Of a stretch of DNA of 46,175 bases, positions 1-9,547 are shown one piece after another. How positions within the stretch are numbered: position 1 is the stretch's first letter; the number at the start of each line of letters is the position of its first letter. Source of the stretch: Candidatus Micrarchaeota archaeon. GTDB taxonomy: Archaea; Micrarchaeota; Micrarchaeia; Anstonellales; Bilamarchaeaceae. The translations under genes were made by a program, and so were the position numbers. Under the pieces are notes generated by a model, which was given only the letters and a program-made list of their open reading frames with translations, was not told the origin of the DNA and ran no database searches. The stretch is from positions 1-46,175 of the forward strand of contig JAQBFN010000007.1 of assembly GCA_032123335.1 (NCBI GenBank). The letters run 5' to 3'.

Positions 1-1446
1 TATGAGAAGAAGCATGCCAAATTTACCAGAAAAGTGAGCATCCTGAATATTGGAAAAGTTACTGTTGCAGCAGCCGTTGTTCTCGGAGCGGGATACTTGC
101 TTTCCCAGTGCTCCAGCTGCGTTTTTGGAAGCAGTGAGAATGAAGCCGGCAGGTCTTCAGTACAAAAGAAAAAAAGAACTCCAGTATCGCCCGCAGAAAT
201 CGAACTTTACAAAAACCCGCTATTCCGCGCAAAGGGCGAAGACAAGACCCCGAAGTTTATTGCCATTGCCAGCCACATGACCAAAATGGGGCTCGACGAT
301 GAAGAGCAGGTAAAGGTTGCAAAAATCCTGAACAAGCTCCCTGGCCAGTTTGTGCGGGGCATGGACCTGAGGGAGTCAATTGAGCTTGCAATAATACTGA
401 GAAAACTTTCACCAGGAGTTTCTATCCAGAAACTTGCAGATACGGTCGTTTCAATACAGCAGTATATTGATTCTTCCAAAACAAAAGATTTTACCTGGAC
501 TCTTGTGAAGTCAGACAAGGCCAAGAAAGGGGACGTAACCTACTGGATTGAGAACCCCCCCTACAAAAAGATCATGACTGAAGAGTGGTACACCAGGCCC
601 TTTCCCGAATTCATCAATGCAGGGTTTTCTGAAAATGACAAGCTCCTCCAGGGCATTTCCGCAACTATCAGGAAGATAGGGATTAAGCAAGGCAGGGAAA
701 TTGTTCCTCTCTCGGCATCAGAGCAAAACAATCTTGCGGAGGAACTCGCAGAGGTATACTCCAAAGGCAAAAAGAACCCAAAAATCCCTGAAACCTACCT
801 TGAGGATCTCGAGTTTATCATGGGAATGAGGTCCAAAGGATTTGGAGTGCCTGAAGCAACCAGTATACTTTCTCAGTTCAAGTTTGTTTATGACCCGAAG
901 CACTCGGATGCTGCACTAGACCTTGTTCTCAAAAGGCTCAAGCCAGGTATGAGTGAAAATGAAACTCGCCTTGCAGTAGAAGCGCCTGCATTCGAGAAGA
1001 GGGGCTGGGCTTCAAGGGCATGGAACACTTCCCCAGACAAAAGGCTCCTTGACCTGTTAACCTCAGCAAGAGACGCAGGCAAATTCAGTTCACAACTCAG
1101 GGTGCTTCCCCAGAAGGAATATGAGGATTCAATTGAAACCCTGGAGAGCTTTGCAAAGCTCTGGCAGGGAGAGGTGCGCACCCTGGACGCAAAGAAGATT
1201 TCTGAGGTAGTGCCCCCGGTAATCTACCTGGCAAGGTCCAAAGCGCTTGGGCACCTCAGTCCGGATGCCAAGTCCCAATTGCTGTTCCAGCTGGTTTCCA
1301 AGGTGGAAGCACCAACCCGCAAATCCGACCCAAGGGCGGCAGCACTCAGCCATCTGGAAGATACCTTCCGGGGGAAGGAACCAAAAGTTGCAGAAGCCCT
1401 TGCTGAACTGGATGCATACCTTGAGCCAGAAAAGGCAGCAGAATAA
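1..1446 (+). CDS. hypothetical protein with N-terminal membrane anchor, possibly 5'-truncated
   Basis: ORF 34..1446 (470 aa); the frame stays open back to base 1 (YEKKHAKFTRK), so the true start may lie before the window; hydrophobic VTVAAAVVLGAGYLL followed by Cys residues; no family recognised. Confidence 0.7.
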   Translation, partial: YEKKHAKFTRKVSILNIGKVTVAAAVVLGAGYLLSQCSSCVFGSSENEAGRSSVQKKKRTPVSPAEIELYKNPLFRAKGEDKTPKFIAIASHMTKMGLDDEEQVKVAKILNKLPGQFVRGMDLRESIELAIILRKLSPGVSIQKLADTVVSIQQYIDSSKTKDFTWTLVKSDKAKKGDVTYWIENPPYKKIMTEEWYTRPFPEFINAGFSENDKLLQGISATIRKIGIKQGREIVPLSASEQNNLAEELAEVYSKGKKNPKIPETYLEDLEFIMGMRSKGFGVPEATSILSQFKFVYDPKHSDAALDLVLKRLKPGMSENETRLAVEAPAFEKRGWASRAWNTSPDKRLLDLLTSARDAGKFSSQLRVLPQKEYEDSIETLESFAKLWQGEVRTLDAKKISEVVPPVIYLARSKALGHLSPDAKSQLLFQLVSKVEAPTRKSDPRAAALSHLEDTFRGKEPKVAEALAELDAYLEPEKAAE

Positions 1447-1510
1447 GATGCTGGGGCAAAATAGGACCCCAACCTTACCTTTTTTATAGTCTTTTTCCAA
1501 TCATAGGTCT

Positions 1511-2902
1511 GTGAAGATATACAATTCTCTTTCCAGGAAGGCAGACGAGTTCGAGCCCATAGAAGAAGGCAAAGTCTACCTGTATGTGTGCGGCCTTACT
1601 CCCTATGACCACGCCCACCTCGGGCACGCGCGAACCTACATCTCCATGGACACAATAAAGCGCTACTTCCTCCACAAGAAACTCGAAGTCCTCCACATCC
1701 AGAACATCACGGACATAGAGGACAAGATTTTCAACCGCTCAAAGGAAACCGGAAAATCCCCACTGGAGCTCTCGGAAAAGTTCCAGAGCGAGGCAATGGA
1801 GGAATTTGACCGCCTCAACATCCTGCGCGCAGACCACTACCCAAAAGTAAGCGAGCACATCCCGGAAATAGTCGAAATGATAAAGAAGCTTATTGAAAAC
1901 GGCCATGCTTACGAAACCGAAACAGGAGTATATTATTCAGTTTCCTCTTTCCCGGAATACGGAAAGCTCTCCGGCCAGAGGCTGGATGAAATCGCGCATG
2001 GTTGCAGGTTGAAAGTGGACGAAACCAAAAAAGACCCAGCGGATTTCGCGCTCTGGAAAAAGGGCCCGGACGTATTAACTTTCGACAGCCCCTGGGGTGA
2101 AGGAAGGCCAGGCTGGCACATTGAATGCTCTGCAATGGGCATGAAGTACACAAACGGAAGAACCCTGGATATACACGGAGGCGGAAGGGACCTTATGTTC
2201 CCCCACCACGAAAACGAAATAGCCCAGGCAGAAGGCGCGCTAAACCACGATTTCGTAAAATGCTGGATGCACACAGGCTTCCTCACAGTAAACGGGGAAA
2301 AGATGTCCAAGTCCCTAGGAAATTTCATCACCCTCAAGGACATTCTGGAAAAATACCCGCCTTATGCATTAAGATTATTTTTCCTGCACAGCCACTACAG
2401 GAGCCCTGTAAACTACAGCGAAGAAAACATCTCTTCCGCACAAACAACCGCAGAAAGGATGTTCAACTTTATTGAGCACGCGGATGAACTCTCTACATCC
2501 GGAGGCACAGAAAACGGAGAGCTCCGCAGGAAGCTCCAGGAAGAAGTGGATGGATTCTACAAGGCAATGGACAATGATTTCGACACTCCCAATGCACTTT
2601 CACACATGTTCGGCATAATGACAGAGTGCTTCTCGGAAATGCACAAAGAGCAGCCAGACTACCCTGCAATTGCAGAAGCAAAAGAGGATTTCAAGAAGAT
2701 GATGTGGATACTGGGCCTGGAAAAAGAAAAGAAGAAAATTGGCCCAGAAAAAGAAATAGAAATAGATGCCCTTGTCCAGGACAGGGAAAATGCCAGAAAG
2801 GAAAAGAATTTCAAGCTGGCGGATGAGATAAGGGATAAGCTCTTTGAGATGGGAGTGATATTAGAAGATACTGATAAAGGACCCAGATGGAAACTGAAAT
2901 GA
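1511..2902 (+). CDS. cysS: cysteine--tRNA ligase
   Basis: YVCGLTPYD..HLGHAR (HIGH), DFALWK, GRPGWHIECSAM, DIHGGG.DL.FPHHENE, KMSKS. Confidence 0.98.
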   Translation: MKIYNSLSRKADEFEPIEEGKVYLYVCGLTPYDHAHLGHARTYISMDTIKRYFLHKKLEVLHIQNITDIEDKIFNRSKETGKSPLELSEKFQSEAMEEFDRLNILRADHYPKVSEHIPEIVEMIKKLIENGHAYETETGVYYSVSSFPEYGKLSGQRLDEIAHGCRLKVDETKKDPADFALWKKGPDVLTFDSPWGEGRPGWHIECSAMGMKYTNGRTLDIHGGGRDLMFPHHENEIAQAEGALNHDFVKCWMHTGFLTVNGEKMSKSLGNFITLKDILEKYPPYALRLFFLHSHYRSPVNYSEENISSAQTTAERMFNFIEHADELSTSGGTENGELRRKLQEEVDGFYKAMDNDFDTPNALSHMFGIMTECFSEMHKEQPDYPAIAEAKEDFKKMMWILGLEKEKKKIGPEKEIEIDALVQDRENARKEKNFKLADEIRDKLFEMGVILEDTDKGPRWKLK

Positions 2903-2911
2903 GGTGTAAAA

Positions 2912-4057
2912 ATGCGTTGGATACTTGCGATATTTCTCATAGGGCTGCTCCTTGTTGCGGGCTGCCCCCAGGAAGAAGTGGTTGAGGTTGAGCCTGAACC
3001 AGAGCCGGAGCCCGAGCCTGTGCCGGAGCCTGAACCAGAGCCGGAACCCGAAATAATAACGATTGGGTACATAGGCCCGCTCTCAGGGGATAATTCTCTT
3101 GAAGGGACCGAAGCCCTTAACGCAATCAAGCTCGCAGCTTCAGAGCTTTCAACCCAGGATTTTGTTTATGAAATAGCGGAGCAGGATGGACAATGCACTG
3201 AAGAAGGAGCCGCATCCGCTCTCCAGTCCTTAGTAGATTTCCGTGGAGTAAGCATAATTATTGGAGGCGTATGCACAGAAGAAGTAGATGGGATGGCACC
3301 GCTTCTTGAGCAGAATAATGTGGTACTCGTTTCCCTTGCAACCGGAAACGCAGACAATGCGTATGCAATGAACTTCGCAGGCTCCCCTGAACTTATTGGT
3401 GAAGAGCTTGCCCAGTTCTGTGTAAGGAACAAGTGGATGCGCACAATGACCATTACGGATGATACCCCCGCAGCAAACGGAAAGGTTGCTTTATTCGATT
3501 CAGCTGCAAAGAAGCTGAAGCTTTCAACACAGCCCTCGCAGAAATACGGCAACAACTTCGGGTCCACGGTATCCGTGATTAAGGGGTACCAGCCCCAGGT
3601 CGTGCTGGTATTCGCATCCGATGGGGCAACTGCAGCGGGAATAGTGAACCAGCTCAAGGAAGGAGGAATAAATGCAGAAATAATCGGGGATGAAAACCTT
3701 GTTTCCTCCGCTGCAATTTCCGCAATGGGTGCAAACGGGGAAGGAGTGCACGCAATTCTCCCTGAATTCGATGCAACCGACCCTGCAGCATCCTACTTCA
3801 TGAACAGCTATGTTTCCAGGTACGGAAGCCCTTCAAACCAGGTGCTGGTTGCGGATGCAAGGAATGCAATGTACCTGCTTTCACAGGCAGAGCAGTTCTA
3901 TTACCACAGGGCAACTGCGCAGGATGTCCAGCAGTACTGGACGAACCTGGAAAGCTGGGCAGGAATGGGCGCTACACTTACCTTTGAGAATGGAGACAGG
4001 GTTGCTTCCTTCAGGATGGTGAAAGTGAGCGGCGGGACTACACAACAGGTCTCGTAA
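2912..4057 (+). CDS. LivK-like ABC transporter substrate-binding lipoprotein
   Basis: Lipobox LLVAGC, PE linker, ITIGYIGPLSG motif of periplasmic binding protein type 1; SD GAGGTG upstream. Confidence 0.85.
   Translation: MRWILAIFLIGLLLVAGCPQEEVVEVEPEPEPEPEPVPEPEPEPEPEIITIGYIGPLSGDNSLEGTEALNAIKLAASELSTQDFVYEIAEQDGQCTEEGAASALQSLVDFRGVSIIIGGVCTEEVDGMAPLLEQNNVVLVSLATGNADNAYAMNFAGSPELIGEELAQFCVRNKWMRTMTITDDTPAANGKVALFDSAAKKLKLSTQPSQKYGNNFGSTVSVIKGYQPQVVLVFASDGATAAGIVNQLKEGGINAEIIGDENLVSSAAISAMGANGEGVHAILPEFDATDPAASYFMNSYVSRYGSPSNQVLVADARNAMYLLSQAEQFYYHRATAQDVQQYWTNLESWAGMGATLTFENGDRVASFRMVKVSGGTTQQVS
2990..3052 (+). repeat. Glu-Pro coding repeat (linker)
   Basis: gagcctgaaccagagccgga occurs twice; encodes EPEPEPEPEPVPEPEPEPEPE. 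Confidence 0.9.
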
Positions 4058-4119
4058 CCCTTTTTATTCCTTTTTCTTCATTTTATCCTTCACCATTTTA
4101 CCTTACTATAAGGTATATT

Positions 4120-4194
4120 GGGCCTGTAGCTCAGCTTGGCTAGAGCACCGGACTCTTAATCCGGGTGTCGGGGGTTCGAATCCCCTCAGGCCCG
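4120..4194 (+). tRNA. tRNA-Lys (CTT)
   Basis: Acceptor GGGCCTG/CAGGCCC-G, anticodon arm CCGGA-CT CTT AA-TCCGG, T loop TTCGAAT; CCA not encoded. Confidence 0.97.
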
Positions 4195-4225
4195 CTTTTC
4201 GCAGAAAACGGGGCGAATTCGCCGA

Positions 4226-4273
4226 TCTTGAACTTCGTAGAAGTTCGAGAGAAGAAATCGAAGATTTCTCAGA
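4226..4273 (+). repeat. double-hairpin mini-element, copy A
   Basis: TCTTGAACTTC-gta-GAAGTTCGAGA GA AGAAATC-gaa-GATTTCT CAGA; same architecture as 13437-13478 and 39595-39636. Confidence 0.7.
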
Positions 4274-4343
4274 AGGCGAATCAGAGGCCCGTTCCATTAT
4301 TCTTTTAAACTTTCTTTGAGTGCCCACCCCGGGTGGGTTAGAA

Positions 4344-6224
4344 ATGCCTAAGGATCCTCAGCAATTGAAAATAGTCGCCAGAGTCAATCCTCCAGAGGCA
4401 AATAAGGAAATTGGCAAATCCTCGATACTGGTTGAGCCCAGGATGCGCACTGCCGGCTCCAGCACAATGAAAATGTACGGAATTGAGAGTGAAAGCCAGG
4501 GAATAACCCGGAAAAATGGCCGCACGTTCATAGAACTCGAAGCAATGTTCTACAATAAAGGAAAACTGGTCGAGTTCAGCCAGAGGGTTGACATCACAGA
4601 GCAGCTTGGGCTGGTCGATGGCATAAAGCCAGAAGACATAGAGCTTGTTTTCACGCTTGTTGATTCTGAAGGAAGATTCCTTTACATCTCCCAACAATAT
4701 GACAGGAATGTGGATAAGTATGCAAAGGAGAACCCGGAGAGCGGGATATTCTACAGGAAGGACCTGATTGGAAATCTCTTCCATGAACGAATAGAGGGAA
4801 CCGAGAAGGAAACCGCGATAAATGAATTCACCCAGCTGCTCGAGAAGGAGAATGTGATTTTCCACCAGCCCAACTTCACCCCCGCAGATGCGATGAAGCT
4901 GCAGTGCAAAAGCGACATAATTAATATCCCAAGGCTCTCCAGCACAATCAGTGACGGGAGTGAAAAGTATGTTTTTAGATTGCACATAAACCTTTCCGCG
5001 ATAAGCTGGATGGCATGGAAACAAGCAGAACTGATGAACCCCCATATGCTTCCGCACGAGAAGCCTATCCAGTTTATGGACCAGCTAATCAAGCAAATCA
5101 TCCTTACCGCAAAATTCAGGGTTTCCACCCCCAAGCAGATGTTCCTCCAGAATGACCTGGGGCAGATAGTCCTCTTTGGGGTTGTAGGAACGATTGCCGG
5201 TTCCGGAGAGCAAAGTGAACAAAATCCAGATTCGTCTGGGCAACATCAGCTTTCCCCCGCCCAGGCGCATGAGCCTCCCACTGAGTACAAGGGTGATGAT
5301 ATGCCTCCGGGAAGCACCCTTCCTGAAAGCAAGCCTCCAAAAACCAATCTCCATCACAAGAATGCACATTCAAAAGATTTCCTTCCAAGGGATGCCCCCT
5401 TCAAGCAGAAAGCATCCAAAAGAACCAAAAAAGAAGCAACTTCAGTTGCCATCCCCCTTCCCAAATTGAAAAAGCCGCTGCATCTGCTTAATGCCCCCGA
5501 AGGCATTATTCTGCAGGAATGCAGGGGGGTTGAGGCCTCCTTTCCCACAAGGAACAAATCAAACACCCCAACCAAAGAAGCCCTTGCTTTGAAGGAGGGC
5601 AGCTCCAGTGCAAAAGAGCAGGTGCTCCAGGAAACCCAAATACTGCTGGAGAACAAGATGAATCTCTCCACCCCCTCCGCAAAAGCAGCATCCACTTCAG
5701 AAAAAACGGCTGAAGACAACCCCCTGAAAGAATTTATAAATGAGAATATACATATTATTCAGCAGGATGGTAGGAGAGAAAATGCAAGAGATGAGCCTCA
5801 CGATTGTTCCTGTAGCGCACCTTTCCAGGAAGAGCGCAGAACTTGTGAGGAAGACGATAGAGCAGGAGAACCCCCAGCTTATAGGCCTGGAGCTGTGCAG
5901 GGAGAGGCTGGAGGGCCTGGTGAGAGGGGGCACCAGGACCATGGATCTCAACACAGTTTTGCGTCACCCCACATCCGCACTAATGTTCGTTGCGCAGCAG
6001 CTGCTGGGGAAGTGGTGGCATGTAAAGCCAGGAGCAGAAATGCTGGAGGCGCTAAGGACCGCAAGAGAAATGGAAAAGCCGGTCGCGCTGCTGGACAGGC
6101 CGATAGGGGTAACCGCAAGGGAGATAGAAAAGATTCCATTAAGGGAAAAATTCGGGATGGTGTTCTCGGGTGGCTTCAAGCCCTTCAAGGAAAAGATGAC
6201 TCTGAAAAAGCTGATGCAGCCTGA
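4344..6224 (+). CDS. hypothetical protein (globular N-terminal half, low-complexity C-terminal half; 3' end overlaps traB-like gene)
   Basis: Long ORF; ATG at 4344 downstream of TTTTAAAC (4303-4310); no recognisable family. Confidence 0.6.
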   Translation: MPKDPQQLKIVARVNPPEANKEIGKSSILVEPRMRTAGSSTMKMYGIESESQGITRKNGRTFIELEAMFYNKGKLVEFSQRVDITEQLGLVDGIKPEDIELVFTLVDSEGRFLYISQQYDRNVDKYAKENPESGIFYRKDLIGNLFHERIEGTEKETAINEFTQLLEKENVIFHQPNFTPADAMKLQCKSDIINIPRLSSTISDGSEKYVFRLHINLSAISWMAWKQAELMNPHMLPHEKPIQFMDQLIKQIILTAKFRVSTPKQMFLQNDLGQIVLFGVVGTIAGSGEQSEQNPDSSGQHQLSPAQAHEPPTEYKGDDMPPGSTLPESKPPKTNLHHKNAHSKDFLPRDAPFKQKASKRTKKEATSVAIPLPKLKKPLHLLNAPEGIILQECRGVEASFPTRNKSNTPTKEALALKEGSSSAKEQVLQETQILLENKMNLSTPSAKAASTSEKTAEDNPLKEFINENIHIIQQDGRRENARDEPHDCSCSAPFQEERRTCEEDDRAGEPPAYRPGAVQGEAGGPGERGHQDHGSQHSFASPHIRTNVRCAAAAGEVVACKARSRNAGGAKDRKRNGKAGRAAGQADRGNRKGDRKDSIKGKIRDGVLGWLQALQGKDDSEKADAA

Positions 6225-6435
6225 GAACCTCAACATTCTCCTCTCCAAGCTTGAAAAAGATTTTCCTGTTTCTTACAGTGTTTTCGTGGATTCCAGGAAC
6301 AAATACATGTTCATGAAGCTCCTTTCCCACAAGCCAGAAAGCGCAGTGGTGGTCGTAGGCGCTGCCCACGTTCCCGGACTGCAGAAACTCGCGGAAGAAT
6401 CCGAACAAAAAATAAATGTGAAAGTTGCAAGGTGA
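5782..6435 (+). CDS. TraB/GumN (TIKI-like) family protein
   Basis: VAHLS..S, GLELC..R, KPGAEM, ALLDRPI..T, RN.YM, VVVGAAHVPG motifs; TTTATAAA at 5733-5740; start uncertain (5767, 5782 or 5791). Confidence 0.88.
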   Translation: MQEMSLTIVPVAHLSRKSAELVRKTIEQENPQLIGLELCRERLEGLVRGGTRTMDLNTVLRHPTSALMFVAQQLLGKWWHVKPGAEMLEALRTAREMEKPVALLDRPIGVTAREIEKIPLREKFGMVFSGGFKPFKEKMTLKKLMQPENLNILLSKLEKDFPVSYSVFVDSRNKYMFMKLLSHKPESAVVVVGAAHVPGLQKLAEESEQKINVKVAR

Positions 6436-6439
6436 GCAA

Positions 6440-6691
6440 ATGGACATTGTTCTAAGGACAAAACCGGCAAACGTTTTCCTTTTCCTAAAGGGAAGGGATT
6501 CCGCCTACCTTTCTGAAATAGCAAAGGAAACCGGCACAACCTATGTGTACATAACACATTTTGTTTCAAGGCTCATGGAAAAAGGCCTTGTTTTAGTTGA
6601 ACCCAAAGGAAAAAAGAAAATGGTCAGGCTCACTGAAAAAGGAAGGGAGATTGCATCCCACCTGGAAGAAATAAGGAGGAACTCAGAATGA
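6440..6691 (+). CDS. MarR-like winged helix-turn-helix protein
   Basis: YLSEIAKETGTTYVYITHFVSRLMEKGLV...GKKKMVRLTEKG; SD GGTGA before ATG 6440. Confidence 0.85.
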   Translation: MDIVLRTKPANVFLFLKGRDSAYLSEIAKETGTTYVYITHFVSRLMEKGLVLVEPKGKKKMVRLTEKGREIASHLEEIRRNSE

Positions 6692-7296
6692 TTGAAGTAT
6701 TCAAAGGTGCATCAGCTCACCCAATACGGGGGGAAAGCGGAACAGTTGCAACAGGATACACAATCGGAAGCTTTGCAGTGGATGCCCCAGAAGGCGTAAA
6801 TTACCCCGGTTCCCCATTAATCCTGCTAACTCATGCACATTGCGACCACATCTGCGGATTATCCCTACACAACCATCCCTATGCATGCTCAGAATTCACC
6901 GCAAAAGCAATCACGGAAGTAACTGAAGGCGCAACCCTCTGCACACATTTAGGGTTCCAGCCCCCAAGAAGGCCTCCGCAGCAAATCCTGAAGGATGGCC
7001 AGGTTCTCCAGGGAGATGAATTCACAATAGAAGTACTCGCAACCCCAGGGCATTGCGAAGGCGCACTCTGCTTCTACGTTCCGGAGCTCAAAGCATTATT
7101 CTCAGGGGATACGGTATTCGGAGGAGGTGCCCTCCCTTCAGTGAGCCTTCCCACCAGTAACCCACAGGCCCTAATCAACTCATATGAAAAGCTCTCTTCC
7201 TATGAAATAGAAAAAATTTATCCAGGCCACGGAACCCCGTTCCCTGCAAAGGGCTACATCCGCGACCTGCTCCCAACTCTGAACGAATTCATATAA
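6688..7296 (+). CDS. MBL-fold metallo-hydrolase (glyoxalase II-like)
   Basis: THAHCDH, TPGH, LFSGD, PGHG motifs. Confidence 0.92.
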   Translation: MIEVFKGASAHPIRGESGTVATGYTIGSFAVDAPEGVNYPGSPLILLTHAHCDHICGLSLHNHPYACSEFTAKAITEVTEGATLCTHLGFQPPRRPPQQILKDGQVLQGDEFTIEVLATPGHCEGALCFYVPELKALFSGDTVFGGGALPSVSLPTSNPQALINSYEKLSSYEIEKIYPGHGTPFPAKGYIRDLLPTLNEFI

Positions 7297-7726
7297 TCCT
7301 GAGCTTCACGGTTTTGCCCGCCTGCTCAAGCACTTTATTGTAGTTGAGGTAATGTGCATATGCAGTAATCTTTATCGGGATTTCCCCGGGCTTTGTCATG
7401 CTGCCCCCATGTATGTTTATGGAGAAAGTTTTTTCCGCACCTGCATTCATCTCGCCCATCCTTTCCTCATGATGCTTTTGGCTGGAGCTCACATCAAATC
7501 CAAGCCTGTGCCCTTTAGGCAATTCCACATCAACGGAAACAAGGTGCTTCTGCCCTGAAGTGTTCTTCACGGTTATGCCCATCGCAACCTTTGAATCCTT
7601 GTGCGATTCCATCCTTAAAGAGCTGAATTTATGTGAAATCTTGAAAGGACTGGATCCCCTTGCAGGCATCTCCTCTGCTTCTCCAGGCTCTTCTCTTTTG
7701 CCGCTTAACCAATCAAACAGACCCAT
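7289..7726 (-). CDS. hypothetical beta-rich (Ig-like) protein
   Basis: MGLFDWLSGK start at 7726; alternating strand pattern; resembles 13039..13392. Confidence 0.7.
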   Translation of the reverse strand: MGLFDWLSGKREEPGEAEEMPARGSSPFKISHKFSSLRMESHKDSKVAMGITVKNTSGQKHLVSVDVELPKGHRLGFDVSSSQKHHEERMGEMNAGAEKTFSINIHGGSMTKPGEIPIKITAYAHYLNYNKVLEQAGKTVKLRII

Positions 7727-7952
7727 AATATCACGATAGAAAACTGTCAGGTTATGTTTAAAACGCTTTGCCCATCTCTCGAAGTAAAAACCACATAACC
7801 ACACCACTCAACCCTATAGCAGAAACATTTAAATACCTGTTACAGTTCAATAGAAAGTTGCGTATTTTGGGGAGGAACTGGTCGCCTTGCCAGCCAGCGC
7901 AGTTAAATGCGCTGGCCTAATTCTTTTTCCCGTTTCCCGCAGGTGAAAACTT

Positions 7953-8924
7953 ATGACGGAAATGCTTGAAATTGATGGCTCTTTTGGCGAAGGCGGTGGC
8001 CAAATTATCCGCACCTCCCTTTCACTTTCTGCGCTTACAGGCACTCCAATTAGTATAACTAATATAAGGGCGGGCAGGAGCCCCTCCGGCCTCAAGCCCC
8101 AGCACGTTGCAGGTGCACGTGCAGTGCGCTCAATCTGCAGGGGAACTTTGGAAGGTGCGGAGGAAGGCAGCAGCACACTCGAGTACACCCCAGCGAAGAT
8201 CGTTGGAGGAAAATACGACTTTAATATCGGAACCGCAGGTTCCACAATCCTCCTGGCCCAAACAATACTCCCCCTCCTCTTTGCTTCCTCCAAAAAGAGC
8301 ATGGTAACAATAACCGGAGGCACGGATGTGCCCAAAGCCCCCACCTATGATTATTTCAAGGAAATTTTCCTCCCTGCACTTTCCCTTTTTGAGTTGAATG
8401 CAAAATGCTTACTTGAAAAGGCAGGTCATTTCCCCCGTGGGGGCGGGCAGCTGACAATAGAAACCGAGCCAGGGAAGCCAAAACCGGTTTCATACTGGCC
8501 CAGGGAATCCGTATTCAAAGCCATTATCTCTATTTCCGGCCTTCCCCTAAGCATTGCAATGCGCGAGAAGAAAGTCCTCCTCAACAACCAAATCGAGCAA
8601 GTATACATAAGGGAACGGGATGCGCTTGACCCCGGAAACTCCCTCCTCCTGCACAGGGGATTAGTGGGAAGCTCAGTTCTCGGAAAGAAAGGCCTGCGTT
8701 CAGAACAGGTTTCCCAAAACGCAATAGATTCCCTAAAGGAAGAAGGGGATGTGGATGTTGACCACAATCTTGCGGACCAACTCCTCATTTACTCCGCACT
8801 TGCAGGAAAAACAAGCTTTAAAACTTCTCACATCTCAAAGCATACGGAAACCAACATGCACATAATAGAGAAATTCCTTGGGAAGCAGTTCTCTGTTGAT
8901 GGAAATGTTGTGACGGTGGAATAA
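7953..8924 (+). CDS. rtcA: RNA 3'-terminal phosphate cyclase
   Basis: IDGSFGEGGGQIIRTSLSLS, IRAGR..GLKPQH, GTAGS, GGTDV..AP, G.FPRGGG, DQLL, HTETN (catalytic His). Confidence 0.96.
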   Translation: MTEMLEIDGSFGEGGGQIIRTSLSLSALTGTPISITNIRAGRSPSGLKPQHVAGARAVRSICRGTLEGAEEGSSTLEYTPAKIVGGKYDFNIGTAGSTILLAQTILPLLFASSKKSMVTITGGTDVPKAPTYDYFKEIFLPALSLFELNAKCLLEKAGHFPRGGGQLTIETEPGKPKPVSYWPRESVFKAIISISGLPLSIAMREKKVLLNNQIEQVYIRERDALDPGNSLLLHRGLVGSSVLGKKGLRSEQVSQNAIDSLKEEGDVDVDHNLADQLLIYSALAGKTSFKTSHISKHTETNMHIIEKFLGKQFSVDGNVVTVE

Positions 8925-9547
8925 TGGTTGCAATGCTTGACAAGCCCGGACTTGCACTCACAATCATTTTCGGATTGGCTATTCTCCTCCTTGGGGATTT
9001 CTCCTATCTGGTGCTTGTTTTCATATTTCTGCTCCTTTCAATCATAGCTACCAAATATGGCTACCATGAAAAGAAGGAAATGGGCATATATGAGCACGAC
9101 CGGAGCTGGGAAAACGTGCTTTCCAACGGACTGGTCCCCACAATCGTAGTGGTGGCAGGTTATTTCCTGGGCTGGGGCCCAATCCCATACATATGCTCAA
9201 TAGCCGCAGTTACCTCAGATAAGTTCGCTTCGGAGCTCGGAGTCCTGGGGGGCGACCCTGTTTCCCTGGATGGATTCAAGCGAGTCAAAGCAGGGACCAG
9301 CGGTGCAGTAAGCAGCACAGGGACCCTTATGTCCCTTGCCGGCTCTGCAGCAGTGGGAATTGCAGCAATGTTTCTTTTCGGAATAACTCCCAGCACAGCA
9401 CTCCTTGTGACCCTTGCAGGATTTGCAGGCGGCCTGGTTGATACATTGTTTGGGGTGTTTGAAGAAAAAGGTTTCGGTACGAAAGGTACAACTAACATAA
9501 TATGCTCTATCGTAGGGGCATTGATTGGTTTAATGGTGATAGCATGA
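8924..9547 (+). CDS. DUF92/TMEM19 family membrane protein
   Basis: RSWENVLSNG, SDKFASELG, GTSGAVS..GT, DTLFG motifs; multiple TM segments. Confidence 0.9.
   Translation: MVAMLDKPGLALTIIFGLAILLLGDFSYLVLVFIFLLLSIIATKYGYHEKKEMGIYEHDRSWENVLSNGLVPTIVVVAGYFLGWGPIPYICSIAAVTSDKFASELGVLGGDPVSLDGFKRVKAGTSGAVSSTGTLMSLAGSAAVGIAAMFLFGITPSTALLVTLAGFAGGLVDTLFGVFEEKGFGTKGTTNIICSIVGALIGLMVIA

Noticed and set aside
4106-4327. 73-aa minus-strand ORF
   Set aside because: Antisense to tRNA-Lys and its palindromic trailer
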